Assembly: GCA_017938445.1 (NCBI GenBank)
Contig: JAGBBN010000012.1
Location: 3,647-67,646, forward strand
Reading direction: 5' to 3'
From: Clostridia bacterium
Lineage (GTDB): Bacteria; Bacillota; Clostridia; Oscillospirales; Acutalibacteraceae
Length of the DNA stretch: 64,000 nucleotides
The notes beneath the pieces are model-generated. The model was not told where the DNA came from. It saw only the letters and a list, made by a program, of their open reading frames with translations, and made no database searches. A program made the translations under genes and the position numbers. This document shows, in pieces, positions 28,231 to 37,473 of this stretch (position 1 is its first letter; every line of letters starts with the position of its first letter).

Positions 28231-28524
28231 TTACTTTTCTTCAGTTTCCTCTTTATCATTATTGGCAGATACGCTTTTAACACTAAGGCCTTCCAGTTTA
28301 CCGATATACATCGCCAAAAGACCTGCTACAACCGCAACCGAGCCTATAATAATTACCCAGGGGTAATATTGATTATAAAGAAATACAGAAATATTCTCTG
28401 CTAACTTTCCGCCAACTACCATAGCAAAAACAAATGGTATCAAGGGTAAAAATCCTCCGAAAAAAGAAACCGTCATCAAAACACCGTAAACTTTATTTAG
28501 AACATTAAATATCTTTTTACGCAT
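28231..28524 (-). CDS. Small hypothetical membrane protein (2-3 TM) downstream of the DctM-like permease
   Basis: 97-aa hydrophobic ORF starting 14 nt after the permease stop. No recognised family. Confidence 0.5.
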   Translation of the reverse strand: MRKKIFNVLNKVYGVLMTVSFFGGFLPLIPFVFAMVVGGKLAENISVFLYNQYYPWVIIIGSVAVVAGLLAMYIGKLEGLSVKSVSANNDKEETEEK

Positions 28525-28538
28525 ACTTCATAACCTCA

Positions 28539-29918
28539 CTAAACTAAACCCCAAACAGGGATGATACCCATTAGAATAAATACCGACAGTAAATAATGCA
28601 GTATAATCCAGATCGCACAGTTAAGAAGAGTAGGTTTCAGCTCCGACTGAGCGATACCCATACCTGTATAAACACAAGCGCAATAAGGAGGTGTTACTCC
28701 ATGCATAGCACCGCAAATGCACGGAAGCATTCCTGCTACGAGCATCGGATTACAGCCTGCAGAAGCCATAATGGTGATTATAATTCCACCGAAGATTTTA
28801 ACCTGTGAAGAACCGGGAAGCAACATTCCTAAAATAGCGCAGAGAAGCGGTATAAGGAAGCAAAGCGCTACCTTGCTCATATTAAGAGATTCAAAATAAG
28901 TGCCAATAGCAGTTTCAACGCCAAGGTCCTCAAATACATTACTTACAAAGTATGCAAATAGTACGAGTGCCGCCGTAGGAACAACCTTAAGCATTCCATC
29001 GGTTATACCTTTGTACATAGCCTTTAAGGTCATTTCGGTCTTAGTCTTTTTATCCGATAATAAAATACCGCAAATAACAATTAAAGCAGGGATAATCAAA
29101 AGAAGACTGTTATTTAATGCTTTAGCACCCGCTTCGCCCAAACGTGAAATAAAAAAGCTTTCAAACTTGCTGGTTAGCATAAAGGGAACAAAAACTATAA
29201 TCGGCAAAAATACTGCCTTCCAACCGTGCTTAACGGTTTCTCTGAAGCTTGGAATATCCTCCTTTTCCATCGGCTTAACCTTATAATATCTACACATAAA
29301 ATACAAGGTTAAAATACGCTGAAGAACAAACCATACGGCAATACCCCAAAGAAGCATCCAGTATTGAGGCATTGTAAACTGGTTAGGATAAAGTCCATCA
29401 AGAATAGCAAAGGCTATACCTATCATTCCCGCAGGAGGTATCATATTGCCCATTGTGCTTGAGTGCGCCTCAACATTAGCCGCAAGATGGGGAGGAAATC
29501 CCGAACGAATCATAGCGGGGATAGTGAAAACACCGGTTGTTGCAACATTTCCGGGACCGGATCCTGAAAGAGAACCCATATAAGAGCTGCCTATAACCGC
29601 AACAAATCCTGCTCCGCCTGTAAAACGGCCGAAAATTGAAAGAATTATTGCAATACAGTCATCAATAACCGAGGTTTTTGAAAGCAGCGCCGCAGAAATT
29701 ATAAATGCAAAAATTACATACAGAGTTGATTCCTGCAGTGCATCCCAGATGTATGTACCTACATTTGCCCAGGTGTTAATATCAGATGTAAAGGTTGTTA
29801 CAGTTAACAACGCTATAAATGATATTAACATACATTCATATAACGGGCGCTTGAGTAAACAGAAGGTTATAATTGCTACCGCAAAAACAACCCCTAAGTA
29901 TAAAACTTCTATTGGCAT
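28539..29918 (-). CDS. DctM-like (TRAP-type large permease family) transporter
   Basis: About 12 TM segments. GSLSGSGPGNVATTGVFTIPAMIRSGFPP...STMGNMIPPAG resembles the DctM core motif. No DctP or DctQ gene is adjacent. Confidence 0.6.
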   Translation of the reverse strand: MPIEVLYLGVVFAVAIITFCLLKRPLYECMLISFIALLTVTTFTSDINTWANVGTYIWDALQESTLYVIFAFIISAALLSKTSVIDDCIAIILSIFGRFTGGAGFVAVIGSSYMGSLSGSGPGNVATTGVFTIPAMIRSGFPPHLAANVEAHSSTMGNMIPPAGMIGIAFAILDGLYPNQFTMPQYWMLLWGIAVWFVLQRILTLYFMCRYYKVKPMEKEDIPSFRETVKHGWKAVFLPIIVFVPFMLTSKFESFFISRLGEAGAKALNNSLLLIIPALIVICGILLSDKKTKTEMTLKAMYKGITDGMLKVVPTAALVLFAYFVSNVFEDLGVETAIGTYFESLNMSKVALCFLIPLLCAILGMLLPGSSQVKIFGGIIITIMASAGCNPMLVAGMLPCICGAMHGVTPPYCACVYTGMGIAQSELKPTLLNCAIWIILHYLLSVFILMGIIPVWGLV

Positions 29919-30083
29919 TTCGTTTCTCCTCCATAACTTGCTATTGCTTTTTTGTTATATGATTTATTACTATAAAGTTATAATAATATATTTATTTAAA
30001 AAAGTCAAGCATTTTATTATACTTGATTTTTTATAAATTCGAGGTTATGATATATATAAAGTTACATATATAAGGTGATATGA

Positions 30084-30995
30084 TTGAATACAAAACAATT
30101 ACATTATGCAATAGAATTGGCAAACGCCTTAAATTTCTCTAAGGTTTCAGAAAAACTTAATATATCCCAGCCTGCCCTTAGCAAGCTTATAATTAATCTT
30201 GAAAACAGCTTAGGTGTGAAGCTTTTTGACCGTACTTCAACACCTATGAAGCTCACCGCCGCAGGCGAGCATTTTATTCGGGAAGCTAAGGAGCTTCTTT
30301 ATAAAGAAAACCAATTAATGCGCTCAATGGCAAGCTTCGGTTCGGGAGAAAAGGGAAGCCTTAGTATTGGCGCCTCTCAATTCAGAAGCTTATATCTTCT
30401 GCCGAAAATAGTTAAAGAGCTTAAAAGCCGATATCCCGGTGTTGTGGTTTACATTAATGATACTAACAGCGAGGAAATTCGCAAACAAACGGCTGACGGT
30501 CTGCTTGATTTTTCTATAGTTAATCTTCCCGTTGATGACCTATTGTTCGAATACACTCCCATTGAGCCTGATGTTTTAGCTTTGGCGGTACCAAACGAAA
30601 TGCTTAAGCTAATAAGCAAAACTCCTAAAGATAATTTTGCACAAATAGATTTTAAGGAGTGCGCAAAGCTTCCCTTTATAGCAACAGAGCAGGGCAAAGA
30701 AATGCGAATACTCTTTGATAAATTATGTTCTTCTGAAGAAATTCACCCACAAATCACTATGGAGGTTGTAGGACTTTCCACAGCCCTATCAATGGCAAAA
30801 GAAGGAATTGGCGCCACTCTATTACCCCTTCAGTTTGCCGAAGGCGAAACTCTTGACAATGAGAAAGTAACCCTATTTACCATTAAAAACGATACCTTCC
30901 ATCGACAGCCGGTTATAATAACCCGTAAAGGTGGACATATTTCAGAATATGCCCGATATGCCATTGATTTAATTAAAGATAATTTTAAGAAATAA
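30084..30995 (+). CDS. LysR-family transcriptional regulator
   Basis: wHTH N-terminus (LHYAIELANALNFSKVSEKLNISQPALSKLIINLENSLGVKLFDR) and a substrate-binding C-terminal domain. Divergent from the permease. TTG start. Confidence 0.85.
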   Translation: MNTKQLHYAIELANALNFSKVSEKLNISQPALSKLIINLENSLGVKLFDRTSTPMKLTAAGEHFIREAKELLYKENQLMRSMASFGSGEKGSLSIGASQFRSLYLLPKIVKELKSRYPGVVVYINDTNSEEIRKQTADGLLDFSIVNLPVDDLLFEYTPIEPDVLALAVPNEMLKLISKTPKDNFAQIDFKECAKLPFIATEQGKEMRILFDKLCSSEEIHPQITMEVVGLSTALSMAKEGIGATLLPLQFAEGETLDNEKVTLFTIKNDTFHRQPVIITRKGGHISEYARYAIDLIKDNFKK

Positions 30996-30996
30996 C

Positions 30997-31025
30997 AAAA
31001 GCCTTGGGAAATCCCAAGGCTTTTT
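30997..31025. terminator. Palindromic hairpin (bidirectional terminator), copy 2 of the GCCTTGGG/CCCAAGGC palindrome
   Basis: AAAAGCCTTGGG-aaat-CCCAAGGCTTTTT. Confidence 0.7.
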
Positions 31026-31027
31026 AA

Positions 31028-31171
31028 TTACTTTTTACTTGAAAATACTTTGTTGATAAGCATAGTCATAATAATGATAACGCCGATTAACAGGAATATA
31101 ACAAGCATTCCTCTTCCCATATAGGTAAGAAAATCAACAAATCTTTCGGGTGCAAAATTAATATCTATCAT
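31028..31171 (-). CDS. OadG-like small membrane subunit (47 aa; not in the supplied ORF track)
   Basis: Hand translation gives MIDINFAPERFVDFLTYMGRGMLVIFLLIGVIIIMTMLINKVFSSKK. The GGAGG formed by the last oadB codons lies 7 nt upstream. The GxG-hydrophobic helix resembles gamma subunits of Na+-decarboxylases. Confidence 0.5.
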   Translation of the reverse strand: MIDINFAPERFVDFLTYMGRGMLVIFLLIGVIIIMTMLINKVFSSKK

Positions 31172-31174
31172 TTT

Positions 31175-32275
31175 TTAACCTCCAAAGAACTTAAGAATGA
31201 TACCGCCTGCAATTACAGAAGCTATCTGGCCCGATACGTTTACACCGATAGAATGCATAAGCAAGAAGTTTTGAGGATCCTCTTTGAGTCCCATCTTATG
31301 AACAATTCTGCCCGACATTGGGAATGCAGAAATACCTGCAGCGCCTATCATAGGATTAATCTTTGTCTTTAAGAAGATATTTAATACCTTAGCAAAGATA
31401 ACACCGCCTGCGGTATCAACTATAAATGCTATAAGACCAAGACCTAAAATGAGAAGTGTATCCACCTTTAAAAAGGCTTCAGCAGTCATCTGGAAGGCAA
31501 CCGAAATTCCAAGGAATATGGTTACGAGGTTTGCGAGTACCTTCTGAGCAGTTTCGGAAAGGGAATCAAGAACTCCGCATTCACGTATTAAGTTACCGAA
31601 CATAAGGAAACCTATAAGCGAGGTAGCCTCGGGAACGATAGCCGATACAACGATGGTTATAATTATGGGGAAAAGAATTCTTGTGGTTTTAGAAACAGCC
31701 TTTTGCTCGTAGGGCATACGAATTAAACGCTCTTTTTTGGTTGTGAGCAGTTTAATAACGGGAGGCTGAATAATGGGAACTAAAGCCATATAAGAATATG
31801 CCGCAACCATTATAGCGCCTTTATAATTGGAATTAAGTGCATTGGCAACCGCTATTGAAGTAGGTCCGTCAGCCGCACCGATAATAGCAATAGATGCCGC
31901 ATCATTATCACCGAAGAACATTGATGCCATAGAAAGCGTAAAGAATATACCGAACTGGGCAGCTGCACCGAAGAGCATTAATTTCGGGTTGGTAAGAAGG
32001 GGTCCGAAATCTATCATTGCGCCTATACCGATGAACAAAAGCAAGGGGAAAAGCTCGTTAGCAATACCTGCATTGTAAAGTGTTGCAATAGGACCTTCCT
32101 CGCCTACTGCTGCCGAAAGCGGAATATTAGCAAGTATAGTACCAAATCCCATAGGAAGCAATAAGGTAGGCTCCATTTCCTTCTTTATAGCAAGGAAAAT
32201 AAGCACCGCACCTATGAGTATCATAACGCCCTGTTGCCAAGTGAAATTCAGCAGATTTTCATACAGAATTTCCAA
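31175..32275 (-). CDS. Sodium-ion-translocating decarboxylase beta subunit (OadB/MmdB/GcdB family)
   Basis: Polytopic membrane protein with family-typical segments (LLLPMGFGTILANIP, GIGAMIDFGPLL, GAADGPTSI, MIGAAGISAFPMS). TTG start. Confidence 0.8.
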   Translation of the reverse strand: MEILYENLLNFTWQQGVMILIGAVLIFLAIKKEMEPTLLLPMGFGTILANIPLSAAVGEEGPIATLYNAGIANELFPLLLFIGIGAMIDFGPLLTNPKLMLFGAAAQFGIFFTLSMASMFFGDNDAASIAIIGAADGPTSIAVANALNSNYKGAIMVAAYSYMALVPIIQPPVIKLLTTKKERLIRMPYEQKAVSKTTRILFPIIITIVVSAIVPEATSLIGFLMFGNLIRECGVLDSLSETAQKVLANLVTIFLGISVAFQMTAEAFLKVDTLLILGLGLIAFIVDTAGGVIFAKVLNIFLKTKINPMIGAAGISAFPMSGRIVHKMGLKEDPQNFLLMHSIGVNVSGQIASVIAGGIILKFFGG

Positions 32276-32351
32276 TTATCATCATCCTTTTCTTTAAAAT
32301 TTAATACTTATACATTTTAACTGTAATAACACGAAAAGTCAATATAAACTA

Positions 32352-34727
32352 CTACATTTCAACCTTAATATCATTAGTTTCGCAAAGGATATTCTCAGGA
32401 ATAAAAGTACCGTCTACCTTTTTACCATTGACGGTAATACCACCAACACCACTTTCGTTTCCGTTTGGATTCTTGACGGTTATATTAAGCCATTTTCCTC
32501 TGAAAAGCTTCTTTATGGTAAATTCTTTCCAATTGGAGGGTACGCAAGGCTCAATTACTATACCTTTGCTTTCGGGTTTTAATCCTAAAATACCTTCAAC
32601 CGAAGCCACCATAACTGTAGAAGCAGTGCCCGTAAGCCAATGAACATGGGCTCTGCCTGCAAAAGGACTATCCTTACCCTCGATAAACTGACCGTGAACA
32701 TAAGGCTCCATCATTCTAAGCTCCGCACGGTCATTATAAGCCGCAGGACAAGCCGCTTTCCAATATTTATAAGCCTTATTTCCGTGACCGAGCATTGTTT
32801 CGGCAAGTATCAACCAACCCTGAGGCTGAGAGAATATTCCGCCGTTTTCCTTAGTACACTTATTGCCCCATGAACCACCGTTTTTATATTTTCCCTCATG
32901 AGCAGGTGCCATGAGTAATGCACCATAAGGAGTCGCCAATTCTTTTTCAACCGTTTCCATAGCAGTTTTGGCTTTGTTTATATCGGTGCATCCCGAAATT
33001 ACAGACCAGCTTTGAGGATTAAGCCACATTGAAGCCTCTTTATCAGCCTTTTTGCCGACAATTCTTCCATCCTCGAAAATTCCTCTTATCCAACGGTCCT
33101 CATCCCAGAATGCCTCAAGTTTTTCTGTAACATCATTAATAATGTCATCAAGATATTTTACATATTCTTTATCATTTCTCTCCCTGGCATACTTGCGAAG
33201 CAACTTTGCTCCGTATATCAACTGAAAAGCAACAAAGGTTGATTCACCCTTTTGACCAAGATGCAATGAATCATTCCAGTCTGAAAGGCGGTTTGCAGGA
33301 AGTCCGTGAGCTCCTCTTTGGCTTACTGTAAATTCAATAGCACGTTTTAAATGCTCATAAACAGTTGCCTTTTCTTCCCTATCGGCAAAAAGAATTTCCT
33401 CATCAAGAAAAGCTAAATCTCCGCTTTCGGATATATATTTATAAACGGTTGGGAAAAGCCATAAAACATCATCTCCACGATAACTTGGGTGTCCGGTCTC
33501 CTTAACGTATTCGGCGTCATCTGGAGTATTTTCCTTACCAGCAGTATGGGTATACTTAACAAGCGGTAATCCTGCTCCCTTAACAGTTTGTGCCGAAAGC
33601 ATAAACTTTATTTGTTCTTTTGCCATTTCCGGTGCTAAATGTATAATACCCTGAATATCCTGAACGGTATCACGGTAACCAAAGCCATTTCTAAGGCCGC
33701 AATAAACCAGGGATGCCGCTCTCGACCATATAAAGGTCATAAAGCAGTTATATGCATTCCATACGTTTACCATATTGTTAAAGTCATCATCAGGGGTTTT
33801 AACCTCTAATGCACCTAATCTGCTGTGCCAAATACTCTTAAGCTCGGCAATCTGCTTTTCGGCAAGAGAAGAATCCTCATATCTTGCAATAATTTCGGCA
33901 GCCTCCTCCTTGGGATTCTGGCCGAGAAGATATGTAAAGGTTTTGCTCTCCCCCGCTTTTAAAACTATATCCGACTGAAGGGCACCTACCGAATTAAGGC
34001 AGTAATTAAGCTGATTACCCAGTCCCTTTTCAACACCGATGGGATTATGATAACCACGATAATTTCCAAGAAACTCTTCTCGGCTACCGCAGAAGCTATT
34101 AACCTTCATCCCCGCAAGGCCTAAAAATCTCTCCTTAGGCTCCTCGCCCTTGATATAGTTATGCATCTGGTGCATAAAATTACCCATAAACTTAGTTCTT
34201 GTGAGGAAAAGGGTGCACTGAAGGTCTATCTGGTCATCAAGAGCGGAATTATGATTTACAAATTCACAGCAGCTGATTATTGATAGCTTTCTTTCCCTTT
34301 CGGAATTATTTGTTACAGTACAATGCCATACCTCATATTCACATCCATTTGGTACAAAATATGTTGTTTCGGTGGATATTTGAGAATATTCAGAAGAAAT
34401 TACTGTATACCCTGTTCCGTGACGGCATTGGCTTTTATATTCATCTAAATTTTTACAGACCGGAGCCCATGAGCCCGACCAATAATCCCCCGTTTCATTA
34501 TCTTTGATATAGATATATCTTCCGGGAGCATCGTTAGAGTTATTATTAAATCTATGACGGATAATTCTACCCTTAGCTCCCGATTTTTTGAAGCTATAGC
34601 CCGTTGCGTTATTGGAAATTATTGCTCCGTATTCGGGAGAACCAAGATAGTTTGCCCAAGGCGCAGGTGTATCAGGCTTGGTTATAACATATTCCTTGTT
34701 TTCAAGGTCAAAATATCCGTATTTCAT
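32352..34727 (-). CDS. GH94 disaccharide phosphorylase (cellobiose/chitobiose phosphorylase family)
   Basis: MKYGYFDLENKEYVITKPDTPAPWANYLG, RHGTGY, GFGYRDTVQD, LSDWNDSL. The tracked ORF extension to 34787 was rejected. Confidence 0.85.
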   Translation of the reverse strand: MKYGYFDLENKEYVITKPDTPAPWANYLGSPEYGAIISNNATGYSFKKSGAKGRIIRHRFNNNSNDAPGRYIYIKDNETGDYWSGSWAPVCKNLDEYKSQCRHGTGYTVISSEYSQISTETTYFVPNGCEYEVWHCTVTNNSERERKLSIISCCEFVNHNSALDDQIDLQCTLFLTRTKFMGNFMHQMHNYIKGEEPKERFLGLAGMKVNSFCGSREEFLGNYRGYHNPIGVEKGLGNQLNYCLNSVGALQSDIVLKAGESKTFTYLLGQNPKEEAAEIIARYEDSSLAEKQIAELKSIWHSRLGALEVKTPDDDFNNMVNVWNAYNCFMTFIWSRAASLVYCGLRNGFGYRDTVQDIQGIIHLAPEMAKEQIKFMLSAQTVKGAGLPLVKYTHTAGKENTPDDAEYVKETGHPSYRGDDVLWLFPTVYKYISESGDLAFLDEEILFADREEKATVYEHLKRAIEFTVSQRGAHGLPANRLSDWNDSLHLGQKGESTFVAFQLIYGAKLLRKYARERNDKEYVKYLDDIINDVTEKLEAFWDEDRWIRGIFEDGRIVGKKADKEASMWLNPQSWSVISGCTDINKAKTAMETVEKELATPYGALLMAPAHEGKYKNGGSWGNKCTKENGGIFSQPQGWLILAETMLGHGNKAYKYWKAACPAAYNDRAELRMMEPYVHGQFIEGKDSPFAGRAHVHWLTGTASTVMVASVEGILGLKPESKGIVIEPCVPSNWKEFTIKKLFRGKWLNITVKNPNGNESGVGGITVNGKKVDGTFIPENILCETNDIKVEM

Positions 34728-34796
34728 CAAAAAAATCCCCTTAACAGTTATTTTGTTTATTATATAATATATCCCGTAAAAACACAAGTAATATAT

Positions 34797-34828
34797 AAGA
34801 AAAAAGACCTTCAGAGAAGGTCTTTTTC
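34797..34828 (-). terminator. Intrinsic terminator after the nagA-kinase operon
   Basis: AGACCTTC-aga-GAAGGTCT with a T-run on the minus strand. Confidence 0.7.
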
Positions 34829-34832
34829 AGTA

Positions 34833-36209
34833 TTACTTAATTTCAGGTAGACTTGCGGCGGCAACCGACTGACCTACTCTTCTTGAGCTTTCATCGGGGA
34901 TATGAAGCTCTATTTTCTTAGCAAGCTCGGGGAATTCCTTATCAAGCACCTCTTGGGCTCTTTCAAGAAGAATTACACCGCCCTCGCCTGAGGTAACACG
35001 TCCCATTATAAGAACGTGCTTTATATCGTAAAATTCGCTATAAAAAGCAATAGCATAACCGAAATATGCACCTATTGTATCGTAAATAGCGGCGGCACGC
35101 TCATCGCCATCCTTCATAAGGCCCTGGACAACCTTGAGCTTTTCAGCGGGAGAAAGGCTTTCATCAAGCTCAATTCCTGCGAAGGGTGCCAACTTGATAA
35201 CACCATCCTGTGAGAAATACTTAACGCCACAGCCATAATCCCCTGACCATTCATCAACCATAGCATCGGTAGAATAGTCAACAGGAGCAAAAGCAAGCTC
35301 GTTAAGCCAGCCTGTAATGTTACCGTCGGGGTCAACATATCCTGCAGCCTCAGAGGTGCCCATAGCTACACCAAGAACAGAATTATCATTCAGATTCATA
35401 GCGCCTGCAAGAGCAGTAACGTCACCGTCATTAGCAACCTCGATAGGAATATCTTCACCTATCTCACGGGCAACATCAATATACATATTCTTAACCTTTT
35501 TATCAAAGTCCTCATCATTTACCTTGAGGAAAAGGGATGCAACCATTATGCGGTTATCAACATAAACACCTGCACTGGATACACCTATTGCATCAACTCT
35601 GGGCATATGGGAAGCGGCTGTTTTCATAGCTTCAAGTATGCCTTGATAATGATAATCAGGGTCAGAATTTATCTTGGGGAACCAAACAACCTCTTCAGAG
35701 TAAACACTTTCTCCGTTTATAACGGCACTTACCTTACGGTCACTACCGCCTGCATCGAAGCCTATGCGGCAACCGTCAAGATGACGTCCGATAGGAGCAG
35801 CGGCAGATTTATCCTTAGGTGCATCTTCAATGGAACAAAGCTCAACTGAAAATTTACTCTCGTAAACCCTTTCCATAAAGTTAACATCAAAATCACGAAG
35901 GCCGCCGTAGGTATAAGCCTCTTTAATCTTATTGCCTACAACCTCGCTACCTGCAATTATAATTTTATAACCGCCTGCAACCCATAAGAGAGCTTTGGTC
36001 ATTCGTTCAATAAAGCGGAAATTTTCCTCATCGTGACCTGTGCCATCCTTATAGATACGGGTTTTATAGGTAGTAGTGTAACCCTTGTTTCTCTCAATAG
36101 CTATAACTATATCCTGACCATCCTCCTCGGTTGCCTTGCGCATATCACGGCAAACGAGAGAAAGGGGTTGGAAATTGGGGTCTAATTTTGCATTTACCTT
36201 AAGCTTCAT
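34833..36209 (-). CDS. ASKHA-fold sugar kinase (ROK-like) with a ~150-aa N-terminal extension; possible GlcNAc kinase
   Basis: Phosphate-1-like GFDAGGSDRKV, GVSSAGV and NDGDVTALAG motifs. No ROK CxCGxxGC zinc motif seen. The start at 36209 follows GGAGGAG and overlaps the nagA stop. Confidence 0.5.
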   Translation of the reverse strand: MKLKVNAKLDPNFQPLSLVCRDMRKATEEDGQDIVIAIERNKGYTTTYKTRIYKDGTGHDEENFRFIERMTKALLWVAGGYKIIIAGSEVVGNKIKEAYTYGGLRDFDVNFMERVYESKFSVELCSIEDAPKDKSAAAPIGRHLDGCRIGFDAGGSDRKVSAVINGESVYSEEVVWFPKINSDPDYHYQGILEAMKTAASHMPRVDAIGVSSAGVYVDNRIMVASLFLKVNDEDFDKKVKNMYIDVAREIGEDIPIEVANDGDVTALAGAMNLNDNSVLGVAMGTSEAAGYVDPDGNITGWLNELAFAPVDYSTDAMVDEWSGDYGCGVKYFSQDGVIKLAPFAGIELDESLSPAEKLKVVQGLMKDGDERAAAIYDTIGAYFGYAIAFYSEFYDIKHVLIMGRVTSGEGGVILLERAQEVLDKEFPELAKKIELHIPDESSRRVGQSVAAASLPEIK

Positions 36210-37341
36210 ATTTAATTTCTCCTCCGATAATCGTTTTTTCAACGTTAAATTCTTTATCAGTTATAATTATATCTGCATCCTTACCAACCTCTATGGAGCC
36301 TTTTTTGTTCTGGATTCCAAGAGTTGTTGCGGGGTTAAGGGATGCACCGTTAACACACTCCCAAAGAGGAATTGACGAATTGGTAAACACATTCCAAACA
36401 CCCTTATTAAGATGAAGAACACTTCCTGCAACAGTTCCATCCTCAAGACGGCAAACTATTCCACGGTACACAATCTTTTGGCCGCCTAAGGTATATTCAC
36501 CCTCTGGAAGACCGCCTGCAGGCAAACAATCGGTTATAAAGCACATTTTTCTGCCCTTGAGCTTCCATAATAAATCATATAAAGCAGTATCAACATGGAA
36601 GGTATCCACAATAAGCTCACAGCTAACGTTGGAATTCATAGCCGCAGTTACAACACCCGGGGCTCTGTGAGCAAGAGGAGTCATAGCGTTGAAAAGGTGC
36701 GTTACGTGAGAAACACCGGCAACCGTACTATCCATAGCGGTTTCGTAATCAGCTGAGGTATGTCCCATAGAAACAACAACATCGGTATCTCTGCAAATCT
36801 CCCTGATTGCCGAGAAATCCTCAGTATCGGTTTCGGGAGCAAGTGAAATTATGCTTATAATATCAGAATATTCTTTAACAAATTTCGCATCAGGCTTTAA
36901 TATGTATTTAGGGTCTTGAGCGCCTTTTTTGCTTTCACTGATGAAGGGACCCTCAGCGTGACAGCCTAAAATCTGGCTTCCATCCCAGCTTTTGCTTTCC
37001 TCTTTAAGAGAGCGGCAAACCTCAAGTGCTTTTCTTATAACCTTCATATCAACCGTCATTGTAGTAGGCAGATATCCTGTAACACCGTTGGCTAAAAGGC
37101 CTTTAGAGATGGTGCGGATACTTTCCTCCTCACCGTCACAAACATCCTTGCCGAGATATCCGTGAATATGCAAATCTATAAGACCGGGGGAAACATATCC
37201 TCCCTTTGCATCAAGGATTTCAACACCTGAAGGGATATCACTTTCAGGCACAATACCCTCTATTACATCCGAATATAAAAGAGCTTTGCCCTCAACGATT
37301 CGGTCCTTTAAAATAATTTTTCCGTTAATTATGGCTTTCAT
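36199..37341 (-). CDS. nagA: N-acetylglucosamine-6-phosphate deacetylase
   Basis: GLIDLHIHGYLG, HAEGPF, GHTSADY, HLFNAM, ITDC. GGAGG SD precedes MKAIINGKI. Confidence 0.85.
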   Translation of the reverse strand: MKAIINGKIILKDRIVEGKALLYSDVIEGIVPESDIPSGVEILDAKGGYVSPGLIDLHIHGYLGKDVCDGEEESIRTISKGLLANGVTGYLPTTMTVDMKVIRKALEVCRSLKEESKSWDGSQILGCHAEGPFISESKKGAQDPKYILKPDAKFVKEYSDIISIISLAPETDTEDFSAIREICRDTDVVVSMGHTSADYETAMDSTVAGVSHVTHLFNAMTPLAHRAPGVVTAAMNSNVSCELIVDTFHVDTALYDLLWKLKGRKMCFITDCLPAGGLPEGEYTLGGQKIVYRGIVCRLEDGTVAGSVLHLNKGVWNVFTNSSIPLWECVNGASLNPATTLGIQNKKGSIEVGKDADIIITDKEFNVEKTIIGGEIKYEA

Positions 37342-37473
37342 AGGGGACCTCCGCAACCAAAATATGTTTCTTTGTTTAAATTTTATCAAATCAGTATGCA
37401 AAAATCAATAGTATTTTCATGACTTTTTCGATAAAATGTAAACAAAAAATACTAAAAAATAAAAACTCGCAAC

